From Eukaryota sp. GEM-RC1 (taxonomy: Eukaryota), in contig JAUFOQ010000002.1 of NCBI GenBank assembly GCA_040285855.1, forward strand, positions 496,001-560,000: 64,000 bases of DNA, given 5' to 3'. This document shows, in pieces, positions 35,043-46,813 of the stretch (positions within the stretch are counted from its first letter, which is position 1; each line of letters begins with the position of its first letter). The notes beneath the pieces are model-generated. The model did not search any database, was not told the origin of the DNA, and saw nothing but the letters and a program-made list of their open reading frames with translations. A program made the position numbers and the translations under genes.

Positions 35043-36422
35043 TTAAATTGTTGTGTCTTTTACAAATGCAGAGCAGTAGTAATTGCCTTCGAGATTGGTT
35101 AAAAGAAAACAAAAGTTTTTACCAATTTCAGGAGTGGCAATATTTAGAAATGAAATTTTTAAATTTTGATTCGTCTGGTGCTCAACAACTGTGGCACATT
35201 TGCGATGCACTTTCAAAACATTTCCCCTGGTAATAAAAACGTCAACATCACTGTTAATTTGTTCAGATGAAATACAACTTGTTTTAAATTCTGGGAGGTA
35301 TAATAGACCTTGAAGTTGCGATAAATTCCATAACTCTATTGCCATCTTTTTGTGTTTGATTGGTCTCCAAGAAACACCAATCAATGTGCCGATTGAAAGA
35401 CCAATCGTTGCTGAATTAGTGATGAAGGTCAGAGTGGAATCATTTTGACCTTTGATTGTAATTGATTGCATGGAATTGGCAGCATCTTCTTTGAGGGCGG
35501 TCAAATTAGTAATAATTCCAAAATCAATCAAAATGTCATTATTTAAGGAGATGTTCTTTTTCCAAATAATCAAAGACTGTGATGTTAGCATACAGGACTT
35601 TGACATTGCTTGATAGCAAAGATTTGAAACAAACAGATCGTCATTATTATTTAAAAAATCCTGCGCAAAACAAAACTTATTGTCAAAGCAAACATTAAAA
35701 GTATTTCCATAATAATTAACAGTGTTTGCAATGGTTTCATCAGAAAGTGCTTCATGAGGGATTCGAACTCCGCACCTGAATCTTGTATATGGAGGAGCAG
35801 TGACATTCAAAGATAAATGAGGTGGAGTGACGTTTGATATTGAGCCAATAACTGTAAAATCATCGGGATTAAAATTGATAGACGCTTTGATTGAATTGAA
35901 AAGAGAATTGTTTGAAGATAGAAATAGAATAGATGGAATAACTATATGATAATTATTGTGAGGAAAAACTTTACCAAATGACAACAACGAAAGAGACAGG
36001 TTAGAAGAGAGAAAATCTGAATGATACTGAGTTAGAAGAACAAAACGAGGATCATCTGATGTGTCAAATTTGAAAGTTGAAAGAGTTTCAAAAGAACAGA
36101 TCGCTGAAAACGTAGTCAATGGGCAGTGAAGAAGAACGTCACGGCCAAATAGCTTTGATTGAGACCATGGATCAGAAAAGTTGAAAACAGGAAGCTTTTT
36201 TTGGGGAAGATTTGTAATGCTTCTTTGAAGAACAGTGAAAGAATGGTGGATATCAGAAACAATAACAGGTAATGTTAGCCCTGTATGGTGCATTTGGATC
36301 AATTGAAGGAAAAACTGAGTTACATGATTAACAGTGAGTGCATCACTAATGGATGAATCAAAGTAACATATTGTTTGATAAATCGAATGACAAAATGTGG
36401 ATAGCACCTTGAGAAGATGCAT
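35043..36422 (-). CDS. Hypothetical protein
   Basis: 459-aa ORF with no recognised motif. Confidence 0.55.
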   Translation of the reverse strand: MHLLKVLSTFCHSIYQTICYFDSSISDALTVNHVTQFFLQLIQMHHTGLTLPVIVSDIHHSFTVLQRSITNLPQKKLPVFNFSDPWSQSKLFGRDVLLHCPLTTFSAICSFETLSTFKFDTSDDPRFVLLTQYHSDFLSSNLSLSLLSFGKVFPHNNYHIVIPSILFLSSNNSLFNSIKASINFNPDDFTVIGSISNVTPPHLSLNVTAPPYTRFRCGVRIPHEALSDETIANTVNYYGNTFNVCFDNKFCFAQDFLNNNDDLFVSNLCYQAMSKSCMLTSQSLIIWKKNISLNNDILIDFGIITNLTALKEDAANSMQSITIKGQNDSTLTFITNSATIGLSIGTLIGVSWRPIKHKKMAIELWNLSQLQGLLYLPEFKTSCISSEQINSDVDVFITRGNVLKVHRKCATVVEHQTNQNLKISFLNIATPEIGKNFCFLLTNLEGNYYCSAFVKDTTI

Positions 36423-36475
36423 TTAGATTTTAGGACGATTCAAATGAAGTGAATTGTATTCCATTCATTGTTTCT

Positions 36476-37114
36476 ATGCAATCTATTTCTCATCTTCTAC
36501 ACAAAAGAATAGACTGTCTTTCTGTTCTCAGTGATCTCCACCATACCCCTGGTTATTTTCTCAATTCTTTTAAAATTATTCCTGACCAGATTGTTGCTTC
36601 TTTGACAGAAAAAGAATGCTCTCAAAGAGCTGTGGAGTTTCTATCTCTTGGAGAATCTCTATCACCACTACTATCATCACCTAATGGATCCTCATTCATA
36701 CTATCTCTTCACCAACTGATTCACGAATACGAGTTCTACTTCTTCTACAATTATACTGGACTCAAAGTAATCCAAACCACTTCCCCTCCTTCTGTGTTTC
36801 CCAAACCTGCTCTAGCCAAGAATGGATCCACAGTTGTCCTACAGTACTTGTCTCCTCAAATGATGTCCTTCCACTTAGATTATCTAACGGTGACTATGTC
36901 TCTGTTGGAAGTGTTGAAGAAGACCTATGAGAAGATATTGTCAGGTTTATCTGATATTTCTACCGAAGCTTTTCCATCACTTAAAAAACTTGATGTAATT
37001 GTTCAAGATAAGATTATTACCAGGATTTCCAATGACTTGTCGTTGATTTCTTCAAAAGTCTTTGATTCTCAAATGGCCAATGTGTCCCTTCTTTTATTTG
37101 AGGATCGAAACTAG
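36476..37114 (+). CDS. Hypothetical protein
   Basis: About 212-aa ORF with host-like composition. Confidence 0.55.
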   Translation: MQSISHLLHKRIDCLSVLSDLHHTPGYFLNSFKIIPDQIVASLTEKECSQRAVEFLSLGESLSPLLSSPNGSSFILSLHQLIHEYEFYFFYNYTGLKVIQTTSPPSVFPKPALAKNGSTVVLQYLSPQMMSFHLDYLTVTMSLLEVLKKTYEKILSGLSDISTEAFPSLKKLDVIVQDKIITRISNDLSLISSKVFDSQMANVSLLLFEDRN

Positions 37115-37407
37115 GAATAAGCTATTTTGTTAATATTATTCTACTGACATTTGGCCAGTATTCTTGTTGTTGAAGATTGTTTTTGGTTGGTTTGACGTGA
37201 CCGATTTTTTGTGATTTGTTTATTGTTCCGATTATTTTAAATTCAGGGATTTCCGTTGAATACTAGTACAATCTTCCGGATGAGGTGCAATAAACATCGG
37301 AACAATTACGTGTTAAAAAACGACTTATAGACCGAGATAAAAACAATCTCTAAAACGCAACACTTTTGAAATTTGAACATGAATAATTTGCTATTGAAAT
37401 CTAAAAA

Positions 37408-37479
37408 TGCTCCCACAGAGGATTGAACTCTGGACCTATTCCTTACAAAAGAAGCGCTCTACCACTGAGCTATAGGAGC
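37408..37479 (-). tRNA. tRNA-Thr(UGU)
   Basis: Cloverleaf GCTCCTA..GCTCAGTGGTAGAGC..TT-TGT-AA..GAGTTCAATCCTC..TGGGAGCA, followed by a T5 Pol III terminator. Confidence 0.9.
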
Positions 37480-37649
37480 AATCATTGCTGTTTGTTTGGT
37501 TCATCTTGGACCTGTTTTACCCATCCGGTTCCACAACAAGAAATACATAATAACAGTGTACACTGGTCACAATATTAGTCTCTGAGGAACATTGAGAGTG
37601 ATTTGTGTTTTAGTTGATCAAACATTTTTGTGACTAATTCTTGAAAGCC

Positions 37650-38400
37650 TGGATTATTACTTGCCACGGCCAAGGAAAATATCACACTTTTGCAATTTTT
37701 TTAATGGATGTTTCTAATAGCTCTGCTTCATGTCTCATTACTCAAATCCCTCAAGTTTACGGTCTTTTCTTGATGATAACTCTTGGTCATTAAACATGCG
37801 TTTACGGTCATATATTTGGCCTGATTTTTTAGATATATTTGTATATTTGTATATTCTTATTATAAATGTACTAGATCAAATAACTAGAATTTGATATCAT
37901 GAAAACAACACCCGTCGCTATCAAACCGTACAACAGCTTTGTCCTCATAAAACGAACTGATTTGGCCTGATAACCTTCCTCATAATTTGAAATGCCAATG
38001 TGATCGATCTGTAAAACTTACACATGTATTGAATTGTAACAGTTGTATTTCTTTTTAGAAGTCAGGTTCATGATTCAGTAAGGGGTCAATTATATTGTAT
38101 GTGTAAATCTTATGGAATAGTTTTCTTTTTTTTAGAACCAGTTCTGGCTGGGTTGGTTGATGATTCAGATGTTGACAAATCGTTTGGAAATAGCCGTGGT
38201 GATGTCATATTTCCTGGTCTCGATGGATCTTTCATTATTGCTGATGTTATGTCTATCGACGTTTATCATGGTCCCAACAAGAAACTTGCTAAATCTAATA
38301 CTAAAAACCCTCTGTTGATTGGTGAAAAATTTAAAAAAGAACAACATGTGCTAAATTGAAATTAGTGAATTCGGTTCCAAACACGAATTACTTGTTTGCT
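37650..38400 (+). mobile_element. Degenerate non-LTR retrotransposon fragment (CCHC knuckle + restriction-like endonuclease, CRE-like)
   Basis: LKCQCDRSVKLTHVLNC...VHDSVRGQL...LEP...RGDVIFP...IADV...EKFK. Confidence 0.7.
37826..37959 (-). mobile_element. 134-bp antisense retroposed 3'-end insert with a 12-bp TSD
   Basis: ATTTGGCCTGAT at 37814-37825 and 37960-37971; starts with a T-run; its reverse complement matches 26923-27030. Confidence 0.8.
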
Positions 38401-38876
38401 GTTAAATAATTATTGCTTCAGTTTTAATAATCATCATGATGAAACTTGATCACTGATGTGATTATAAATCAACTTATTTCTAACAGTATTACAATTTCAT
38501 TACATATACGTTGTATTTCTATCACTGGTTGTCTTGTTCTACTATTACTTTCAATTGGGAGTAACTAAACATTTCGCATGTAGCTTATTACACGACATTA
38601 CACTGGTAAACTGTTATTAGCCTACTCAATGATGTATTATAATGTTGTTGCTTTTGGAAAGTTGCTACAACGGACTGATGTGTAGTCAAAGAATTACTGA
38701 TTGTTCATATAATAGGTAAAATCAGCATTAACAGTGATCAAGCCGACTTATTGACTGGCTGGCCAACACTAATATGGGCTAAAGCCGGTTGACCGGAAGT
38801 GCAAGGCTTGAGAGTAAACAGTGGATCACCAATACAGAATTTGTGTAGTTATTTAGCTTCAACTTGACAATCTAGA

Positions 38877-39254
38877 ATGTCTACTTCAAGTGATCAGTTC
38901 CGGCAACATCTCGAACGTTTTATTGTCTGCCAGTTCGGTGTTTCTCACGATGTTGCTCTCACTATCGTTCCTACAGTTCTGGACTCTTTCTCTCAAGACT
39001 CCTCGTCTAACCTTCTTTCTGTTATTCAAGAAGCTCTTGACAATCGTCTTGCGTCTAGTCGTTCCCCGCTTCAACCTCATTTTCATCTCAAGCCTTCTAC
39101 AACAACCGTCTACTCTCCAACTTCTTATACTCCAATGTCACTCACTCCACTCGCTTCAATGTCATTTTCTCAAAGTAAACGTGCTCGGAGGGAGGCGTAC
39201 ATCAATGATATCAAAACATTGACACAAAAGCACAACAAAACAAACACAATATAG
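38877..39254 (+). CDS. Hypothetical protein
   Basis: 125-aa ORF, tail-to-tail with the next gene. Confidence 0.45.
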   Translation: MSTSSDQFRQHLERFIVCQFGVSHDVALTIVPTVLDSFSQDSSSNLLSVIQEALDNRLASSRSPLQPHFHLKPSTTTVYSPTSYTPMSLTPLASMSFSQSKRARREAYINDIKTLTQKHNKTNTI

Positions 39255-39264
39255 TACTTATAAT

Positions 39265-40056
39265 TTATCCGTGAAGTGGTATTGGTTTTTGCATCCTCAA
39301 CAACACTGCTATGATGACCACAATTATACACGGAATCATGAACAGCGAAGATGAGTCTGTTAGCGACCTCATCCTACTGCCAATAGAGAATCTAACAGTA
39401 GCTGGGCTTTCTCGTTGCTCTACTGGACTTACTTCCAGTGGTCGTTCACCTGCAAATGTATGGTCAGGTGTTGGTCCTGATATGACATCTTCATCTTTAG
39501 ACATTGAAGCGTCTTCATCATCGTAACCACCGGCTTCGTCTATCTGTTGTTGCTCTATCTCCTTCAGTTCTTGTTGTACTGTTTCTCTTATGAACTTGTG
39601 GTAGATCTCCGACGTTGATGGTAATGACTCTAGTTCGCTCGTGACTTCTTCTGAAACTCCTGACTCTGATGTTTCTTCTGTGTCGTTCATCATTTCAATG
39701 TCACTTTCCCACCCAGAGTATTCTATGCCAGCAGCGGTTGTCTCTGGTGGTTGACGATGAATTGAATCTGGTGGCGCGTATTGTTTGGGACTTTCCCAAA
39801 CATCCATAATTGTATCTTCTTTTGTATATCTTCTATTTGGCCCATCTTCCCAAATACAGACATCGTGACTCTTAATAAAGTACTTGTATTCAAAGTTTTC
39901 TGTTGATGGTAGGACTATTTCACCGTACCAACGGTATTGAGAATCGTATTGAAGACCAATTGCTTTCTCAGAAGTAGACCAATCACTGAAAGAACCAGTG
40001 ATAAAGACGTCTTCACCGAAGGATGTTTGCACTTCAATCTCCACAGGGACCAACAT
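39265..40056 (-). CDS. CBM20 starch/glycogen-binding protein with a C-terminal membrane anchor
   Basis: TSFGEDVFITGS..W...W...FEYKY...WEDGPNR and a hydrophobic C-tail. Confidence 0.85.
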   Translation of the reverse strand: MLVPVEIEVQTSFGEDVFITGSFSDWSTSEKAIGLQYDSQYRWYGEIVLPSTENFEYKYFIKSHDVCIWEDGPNRRYTKEDTIMDVWESPKQYAPPDSIHRQPPETTAAGIEYSGWESDIEMMNDTEETSESGVSEEVTSELESLPSTSEIYHKFIRETVQQELKEIEQQQIDEAGGYDDEDASMSKDEDVISGPTPDHTFAGERPLEVSPVEQRESPATVRFSIGSRMRSLTDSSSLFMIPCIIVVIIAVLLRMQKPIPLHG

Positions 40057-40174
40057 TAAAGGGTTCGCAGGAAATAGATATCAGTGTTGCTGCTAATCGG
40101 TTTTATTAAAAGTAATTCTTAATGGATGACGTTTGCTGAGTTGTCAACTTGGACAAAATCCTGTCTTTTGAAAA

Positions 40175-41245
40175 ATGAATATAGACATTCAAATGACTAT
40201 TGCAGCTGGAGACTCCCTCTATGTTGATGAGGACTTCTCTGGGGCTATTGACAAGTATACCGATGCCTTAAACTCCCTCGGTCCAGATCCTGTACTACTA
40301 TCGCACAGAGCCGCTGCTCATCTGCGTCTCTCTAATTATACTTCTGCTCTGGATGACTGCGAAGCTTCTCTACGCCTTTCTCCCCAATCAGCCATCACTC
40401 ACTTCCGTAAGGGCATTTCCCTGTTTATGACCAATCGTTACTCTGAAGCACTTCGATCTTTTGAAAGTGCTGAAGATCTATCATGCCCTGCCGATGTCTC
40501 CTCCTGGAAAAAACGTACAAAACTCTTTATTCAACCTCCAAAGGAACAATCCACACCTGTTGAAAAAGAGATCCAGAAATCCACTCAACCTGAAACTCCT
40601 CCTACCGTGACTCCTCCAAAACCAGCCCCATCAACCCCAGTATGGCTTCTTCTCTTCTTATTCTAGGCTATTCTTTCTGAACAACACATTTATCCATCAA
40701 AGATCCGCTACGACTGGTTGCAAACCACATCTCATGTCTCCATTGAGATATTTGCACCTAGCATTGATCGTAATCTAGTTCACGTGACTCCATCGTCATC
40801 ATCTGTTGAGATCACGTTCCCACTTCCAACAGGATCTGATTACATGTTGGATTTGGAACTTGCAGGTGAGATTGATCCATCAGATGTTTCAATCTCTACA
40901 ACTAAGAAAAAGGTCGAAATTAAACTTAAGAAGGCCAATTCTCAACGGTGGAAAGTACTAGAAAGAGGTCAGGAGGCCACCACTGTCGATCCCAAGATGT
41001 ATCCTTCTTCAAGAGGAGCCAAGGATTGGACAAAGATTGCCAAGGAGAAGTATGCGGAGATTGAAGATGAAGAGAAGAAGAACCAGGATTTCTTAGCCCA
41101 GATATTCTCACAAGGAGATCCTGATACTCAAAGAGCAATGCAGAAGAGTTTCTTAGAAAGTGGAGGTACTGTGTTGTCTACTAACTGGTCAGAAGTTGGT
41201 AAGAAGAAGGTTAAGAGATATGGTGAGGATGAAGATGATAAGTAA
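40175..41245 (+). CDS. SGT1: SGT1 co-chaperone (TPR-CS-SGS); intron 40640-40666
   Basis: TPR repeats, KIRYDWLQT, YPSS..KDW and RAMQKSFLESGGTVLSTNW. Confidence 0.93.
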
Positions 41246-41462
41246 ACTTTGTATTAAGACATTTTTGAAATTTACAAGTGAAGTATTATACAGAATACAA
41301 GAAACAACTAGAATCGTAATTGGAATTATTTTAAATGTGGTAAACACAATCATTCTCAATTAATTAAATACAAGATCAAAGAATCATAACTAAAGAAGTG
41401 GCCCAAATGGAGCACTCATCTTAATTGTTGATTAACTGAATTTTAAAAAAATATTCAAATTC

Positions 41463-42695
41463 TTACTCAATTCGATCAAGGCAAAACTTTTTCAAAGAAA
41501 ATCCTGCTGTCAAGAGATTTCTCAATACAGCTTCAGATTTTGTATCCAACTGAAAACCAAAATTTGTATCAAATTTCAAAAGTGTTGCTTTCATTATAGA
41601 ACTTCCACAGATTTGTTGTGCCAGCTCATTAAAAACACTTGCTGAAGGAATTGAATTATTACAAATATTAAAAGACACTAAACTCGAATTACTAGTCAGA
41701 GCACCAGCAAACCTCAGAAAACTACTAGCAGTCTTTAAACCAACGTTTTCCAAATCCAAATGAGATAAATACTGTAAATGTCCAAGAACAAAAGAGATGA
41801 AGTCCAAGCCCTCGTCACCAATTTGATTGTGACTCAGGAATAGAGATCGAACATGAGAGTCAGGCAAAGTACTTGCGAATCGTTCTATTCCAACATGAGT
41901 GATTGAACAGTTTTTAACTGATAGAAGAGATAGTTCGATTCCAGAAAGTACCTCACCGAGTTCAATTATTCCACAATCACCCAGAGGATTGTTGTCCAGA
42001 ATAAGTTCTTTAATATCCACGCAGAACAGAGAGTCTAACAGAACAGAGAGACCTTCAGAAGAGATGTGGTTGTTGGAGAGAGATACATGAGAGAGAGAAG
42101 TAAAAGAAGACATCGATGTGGCAAATAAAGCAATCGATTGATCGTTGAGTTGACAGTTGTTCAACACCAATTTAGACAGAGACACCTTCTCCAAAACAGG
42201 CAGGAGAGCTTTGATTGAGTGGAGACAGATGATTGAGTTAGAAAGGTCCAGCTCACTACTCTGGGTTTGGATGAACTGTATGAAAGAGGAAAGAGGTGAT
42301 AGTGAGTCTAAAGAGCAGTTAGATTTGTAGGAAGACACGAGGATGGCACTTCCTAGAAACTTTTCCCATTGAGAGCGAAGTTCTGGTGATGCAAACACCA
42401 GTTTGGTAACAAGTTTAAATTTGGAGGAAATATCCAATTGATATTTATATGAGTCATTATCATTGTTAGGGAAAACTGATGAAGAGAGATCAGTTGCGGA
42501 AAAAGAACTTTCGGATAGAGAAATAGTTGTTGTTGGAAGATCAGACTGGTCAACAACGCTAACATCCCAGCAAACAATTGAAGCATCTTTGAGTTGGCAG
42601 AGAAGAAGTTGCCAGGAATTGGATTTGGGCAGTTTGACTCCAAGAAACGCCTGGGTGGTTGATGGTACAATAAGACTATCTAATGATGAAGACAT
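41463..42695 (-). CDS. PH-like domain + RNI-like LRR protein
   Basis: FASPELRSQWEK PH end helix; LSNNHISSEG, LDNNPLGDCG and LSHNQIGDEG repeats. Confidence 0.7.
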   Translation of the reverse strand: MSSSLDSLIVPSTTQAFLGVKLPKSNSWQLLLCQLKDASIVCWDVSVVDQSDLPTTTISLSESSFSATDLSSSVFPNNDNDSYKYQLDISSKFKLVTKLVFASPELRSQWEKFLGSAILVSSYKSNCSLDSLSPLSSFIQFIQTQSSELDLSNSIICLHSIKALLPVLEKVSLSKLVLNNCQLNDQSIALFATSMSSFTSLSHVSLSNNHISSEGLSVLLDSLFCVDIKELILDNNPLGDCGIIELGEVLSGIELSLLSVKNCSITHVGIERFASTLPDSHVRSLFLSHNQIGDEGLDFISFVLGHLQYLSHLDLENVGLKTASSFLRFAGALTSNSSLVSFNICNNSIPSASVFNELAQQICGSSIMKATLLKFDTNFGFQLDTKSEAVLRNLLTAGFSLKKFCLDRIE

Positions 42696-42765
42696 TGGAT
42701 TAAATCCTTGAGTTTCAAAGCAGAGGAGTGAAGTGAAAATGTTGAAGTAATCCAAACCTCCTCAA

Positions 42766-43371
42766 ATGCCTTCTGTTCCTTATCTAGACATCCTCAATTA
42801 TCATGGTATGATGGCGTCTTGCCTCAGTACTGCCTGGAAGGACATGACAACGGACTACAAAGAAAAAATATCATCTGTCAGCTCTGATAAATCTGAACTA
42901 GAACAACAACTGCAATTACAGGGTGAAAAACTGAATCATCTTGCAACTGAAAACACCCTCTTGAGAGAAAACAAGGCTCGGTTAGAACAACAAGTTGAAG
43001 ACCTACGATTATACATGAGTAAAATGGTCACTGAAGCTCCCCCTCAGCCTGAAGTCGATACTAGAGATCAGTACACGATCTGTCCTTTCTCTTCTCATGA
43101 GGTGGGAACTGGAACCTCTCCTATGATCCATTCTGATGATCACGATCTAGTACTGAGTGATGCCTCATCAGTCATCACGAACTTATCAACTTCTTGCTCT
43201 CCAATTGCTGTTTCTACTCCTCCAATCACAAATCAAAGTTTGAAACGAAGAGCTCCCGTCCGATCACCTACTAAAAGACAACGATCTGTTCCTCCTCGTT
43301 CTGCTTCGTCTGCTGAGGTTGACGAGTTTGTTCGAAATTCTGAGCTGTGGAAGATTTTCTGTAATAACTAG
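42766..43371 (+). CDS. Hypothetical coiled-coil protein
   Basis: Heptad-rich N-terminal half; basic NLS-like C-terminus. Confidence 0.55.
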   Translation: MPSVPYLDILNYHGMMASCLSTAWKDMTTDYKEKISSVSSDKSELEQQLQLQGEKLNHLATENTLLRENKARLEQQVEDLRLYMSKMVTEAPPQPEVDTRDQYTICPFSSHEVGTGTSPMIHSDDHDLVLSDASSVITNLSTSCSPIAVSTPPITNQSLKRRAPVRSPTKRQRSVPPRSASSAEVDEFVRNSELWKIFCNN

Positions 43372-43700
43372 ATGTTACTCTCTTCATCTTCTATTGTACA
43401 ATATGGTATCAAACAAGGAAAATGAAAATATCCTTTATTTCTTTGTTAATGTGTTACTCAACACAATCGACTCTGTTCTCACTCAGTTCTCGATTTTAAA
43501 TTTGTGAAATATAAAGAACCAATGATTAGACTTGTAATTCTCCTCATGATCAGTGAAAGTCAACACAAATCAAAATGGAACTCGAAATTCTGGTGAAGTT
43601 CCGTTAGAGATTTGGTAAAAACAATAGATCTGTACACAACAATATCAATTGTAGAAGATGAATGATCGACAGTAGGATGAACATGGCATTGAGCATAGCT

Positions 43701-44242
43701 TCACTTCAAAGCTTCACTAAGTAGTTGGCCGTCCATTTGGATTAACTCACTAACTTCTTCTTCCACAGATTCTTCCTCCTTGTTCAGAATCCTCAAGTTA
43801 TAACCAGTTTCCCTGGAAAAACAGTCTCGCTGGAAATCTTTGAAAGAAGAGATCGAAGAGAAAAAGAGATGTTGTGAATGCGACTCTGGAAAACTTGAAG
43901 AGCAAATGGTACTTGGTAAACAACACCATTTCTGATGTAAAAGTAACAAACAGTGACAGGCTTTAAAGAATTATCTCTAAAGACTTTCTGGATCACAAAT
44001 AGATCAGGAGGTTGTGAGAGATTGGCCCTTACTTCAAAGGAAGTGCCCGGCATGGTGTGTAGATGAGACATGTCCATTTGTTGGACACGTAGAAGTTCAT
44101 TGATGGAAGACGGATCATAGAATGATGAAAAATAGAAGTAATGTAGAACATTATCAAGGTTTAATCCTCCTAGAGCATGGATAAGACCAGGATCATGAAA
44201 GGATATATTTGTCTGGTCTTGATACAGGTTTTCATGAGACAT
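43701..44242 (-). CDS. MED6: Mediator subunit 6; frameshift near 43820
   Basis: ISFHD...NVLHYF..SSFYDPSSINE...LFVIQK...FYIRNGVVYQVP. Confidence 0.85.
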
Positions 44243-44463
44243 CAGGATATTAGGGTGAGGAAAATATCAGATTTTGAGTCAACACCATACTACTAGTTGG
44301 ACCTGAATCGCTCACAGTTGCCAATGAAACAACAGTCGATTCCAGTTTTTCCTGTTAATAAAGTAAACTTTGAAATAGAAGCCCCATTAAAGAGGGGGTT
44401 TCTATTTCATAGTTTACTTTTACATAAATACAAACGAATAACAAACAAGATCGTTTATGAACA

Positions 44464-44479
44464 AGTGTTGACAAACACT
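44464..44479 (-). promoter_or_regulatory. Histone 3' stem-loop (H2A)
   Basis: AGTGTT-TGTC-AACACT. Confidence 0.8.
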
Positions 44480-44488
44480 GTAATCTAC

Positions 44489-44869
44489 TTAAATCTCTTG
44501 AGAACCAGACTCAGCGGTATCACGAGATCTGGAACCTTTAGGTAACAAATCTGAATGAATGTGAGGCAAAACACCTCCAGAAGGAATCATAATATGAGAC
44601 AAGAGTTTGCTGAGTTCTTCATCATTACGGATAGCCAAAAGAATATGACGAGGAACAATACGAGACTTTTTGTTGTCTCTAGCAGCGTTACCAGACAATT
44701 CCAAAACTTCAGCAGTCAGATACTCAAGGACAGCAGCCATGTAGACAGGAGCTCCGGCACCAACACGTTCGGAATACTTTCCTTCACGGAGATAACGACG
44801 GATACGACCAACAGGGAATTGGAGTCCAGCTTTGTAGGAGAGAGTACGGGCACCAGTTTCTTCAGACAT
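44489..44869 (-). CDS. H2A: Histone H2A with an H2A.X-type SQEI tail
   Basis: [28 protein letters not shown] and C-terminal SQEI. Confidence 0.97.
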   Translation of the reverse strand: MSEETGARTLSYKAGLQFPVGRIRRYLREGKYSERVGAGAPVYMAAVLEYLTAEVLELSGNAARDNKKSRIVPRHILLAIRNDEELSKLLSHIMIPSGGVLPHIHSDLLPKGSRSRDTAESGSQEI

Positions 44870-45020
44870 TAAATGAGACGAGAAAATGAATCTGTAGAAA
44901 ATGGTCTAACAAATGAACACGACAATTTCGGTGAGGCAGAGATTCTCGTGGTGGTGCGGTTCACCTGAACGGAATCTTTTTCTCACTTTTCAATTCTTGA
45001 AACAACAAGTTCTATCGTCA

Positions 45021-45449
45021 ATGCCCGGAAAGAAATCTGTAAAGTCTACCAAGTCTACCAAGTCCATCAAGGGAGTTCCCGCTAAAGCCCCTTCCAAGGC
45101 TCCTGCCAAAGCTGTAGCTGAAGGAGCAGCTCCTACTGTTGTCAAGCGCAAGAAGGCCCGTAAGGAGACCTGGGCCACCTACATTTATCGTGTATTGCGT
45201 CAAGTTCATCCCGATACTGGTATCTCAACCAAGGCTATGGGAATCATGAACTCTTTTGTCAATGATATTTTTGAACGTATTGCCACTGAAGCTTCTCGTC
45301 TTGCTAGAATCAACAAGAGAAACACTTTGTCTTCAAGGGAGATTCAAACTGCTGTTAGATTATTGTTACCCGGTGAACTCTCAAAGCATGCTGTTTCTGA
45401 AGGTACCAAGGCTGTTACCAAGTTTAGTTCCTCAGGGGAAGCCGAGTAG
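45021..45449 (+). CDS. H2B: Histone H2B
   Basis: [16 protein letters not shown] and [27 protein letters not shown]. Confidence 0.97.
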   Translation: MPGKKSVKSTKSTKSIKGVPAKAPSKAPAKAVAEGAAPTVVKRKKARKETWATYIYRVLRQVHPDTGISTKAMGIMNSFVNDIFERIATEASRLARINKRNTLSSREIQTAVRLLLPGELSKHAVSEGTKAVTKFSSSGEAE

Positions 45450-45459
45450 GTTGTTTGAT

Positions 45460-45475
45460 GGTGTTTTTCAACACT
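45460..45475 (+). promoter_or_regulatory. Histone 3' stem-loop (H2B)
   Basis: GGTGTT-TTTC-AACACT. Confidence 0.8.
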
Positions 45476-45789
45476 TTATAAATGTTTTACTTTCTTTGAT
45501 TTTTGTTTAATTCAACGTTTCTCCGCACCGTTTGTTTTATTCATTGTGACTGAATATCTAAACAACAATATCCACTGTTTTAAGGAAGACTATCAGGAGC
45601 GTATATTCAAGACACACATCGTCTGGTTCAACACAACATTAAGTCAATATTTGCTCCCACCAAAGACTCCAAGGCAAAATAGTCCAGTCCTAGTCAAAGT
45701 AAAACACGAGAAAATATTCTCAGCACGACAATTTCCCTGCATGTTGAAATGTCAACAATGTCATCCCACTACCACAATATTCATCACAA

Positions 45790-46197
45790 ATGGCCCGTAC
45801 CAAGCAAACTTCTCGCAAGACTACCTCTGCTAAAACTCCCAGAAAGCATTTGGCTCACAAAGCTGCTCGTAAAGCCGCTCCCGCTACTGGTGGAATCAAG
45901 AAACCCCATCGTTATCGCCCAGGAACTGTTGCTCTCCGTGAAATCAGAAAGTACCAAAAGTCTACTGAACTTTTGATCCGTAAGTTGCCATTCCAACGTC
46001 TAGTTCGTGAGATTGCTCAGGAATTCAAGGGAGAACTCAGATTCCAGGCTACTGGTATCTCTGCTCTTCAAGAAGCCGCTGAAGCTTATCTCGTTGGTCT
46101 GTTTGAAGACACTAACTTGTGCGCTATCCATGCTAAAAGAGTTACCATTATGCCTAAGGACATGGCTTTAGCTAAGAGAATCCGTTCTGATTTCTAG
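45790..46197 (+). CDS. H3: Histone H3
   Basis: ARTKQT...[16 protein letters not shown]...[16 protein letters not shown]. Confidence 0.98.
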   Translation: MARTKQTSRKTTSAKTPRKHLAHKAARKAAPATGGIKKPHRYRPGTVALREIRKYQKSTELLIRKLPFQRLVREIAQEFKGELRFQATGISALQEAAEAYLVGLFEDTNLCAIHAKRVTIMPKDMALAKRIRSDF

Positions 46198-46215
46198 AGA
46201 AGGAGTGTTTTTATC

Positions 46216-46231
46216 GGTGTTTTTCAACACT
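46216..46231 (+). promoter_or_regulatory. Histone 3' stem-loop (H3)
   Basis: GGTGTT-TTTC-AACACT. Confidence 0.8.
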
Positions 46232-46484
46232 TTTGTTTTCTTCTCATAAACTGTTTTCTATCTTTATCCTTGTTATTCACCTGATTGATTCATCTTGTAG
46301 ATTTTAGAGACTCTTCAATGTTATAAATTGTTTACTGGCATATAATTCTCGAACACAAATCAATTAGCCAGATTACAATTTCCCAATCAAAAATACACAA
46401 ACGACAAAAATTCGAAGCACAACAATCCAGGTTTCACCTCCTCAAGTAAAAAGTGGAATCTTTACCCTTATAAAATCTTGTTCA

Positions 46485-46796
46485 ATGGCTGGTCGTGGTA
46501 AAGGTGGTAAAGGTCTAGGTAAAGGTGGAGCCAAGCGTCATCGCAAAGTCCTTCGTGAAAACATCCAAGGTATTACTAAGCCTGCTATCCGTCGTCTTGC
46601 TCGTCGTGGAGGTGTTAAACGTATATCTGCGCTAATCTATGATGAAACTCGTACTGTCCTCCGTACTTTCTTAGAAAACGTTATCCGTGATTCAGTAACC
46701 TATTGTGAACATGCTAGAAGAAAGACCGTCACTGCTATGGATGTTGTCTATGCTTTGAAACGTCATGGACGTGTGCTGTATGGATTTGGTGTATAG
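46485..46796 (+). CDS. H4: Histone H4
   Basis: [19 protein letters not shown]...KRISALIY. Confidence 0.98.
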   Translation: MAGRGKGGKGLGKGGAKRHRKVLRENIQGITKPAIRRLARRGGVKRISALIYDETRTVLRTFLENVIRDSVTYCEHARRKTVTAMDVVYALKRHGRVLYGFGV

Positions 46797-46813
46797 GAAG
46801 CCACTTTCTCTAC

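Noticed and set aside
37408..37479. tRNA-Tyr(GTA) or a suppressor tRNA
   Set aside because: The cloverleaf register centres TGT in the 7-nt loop, giving Thr.
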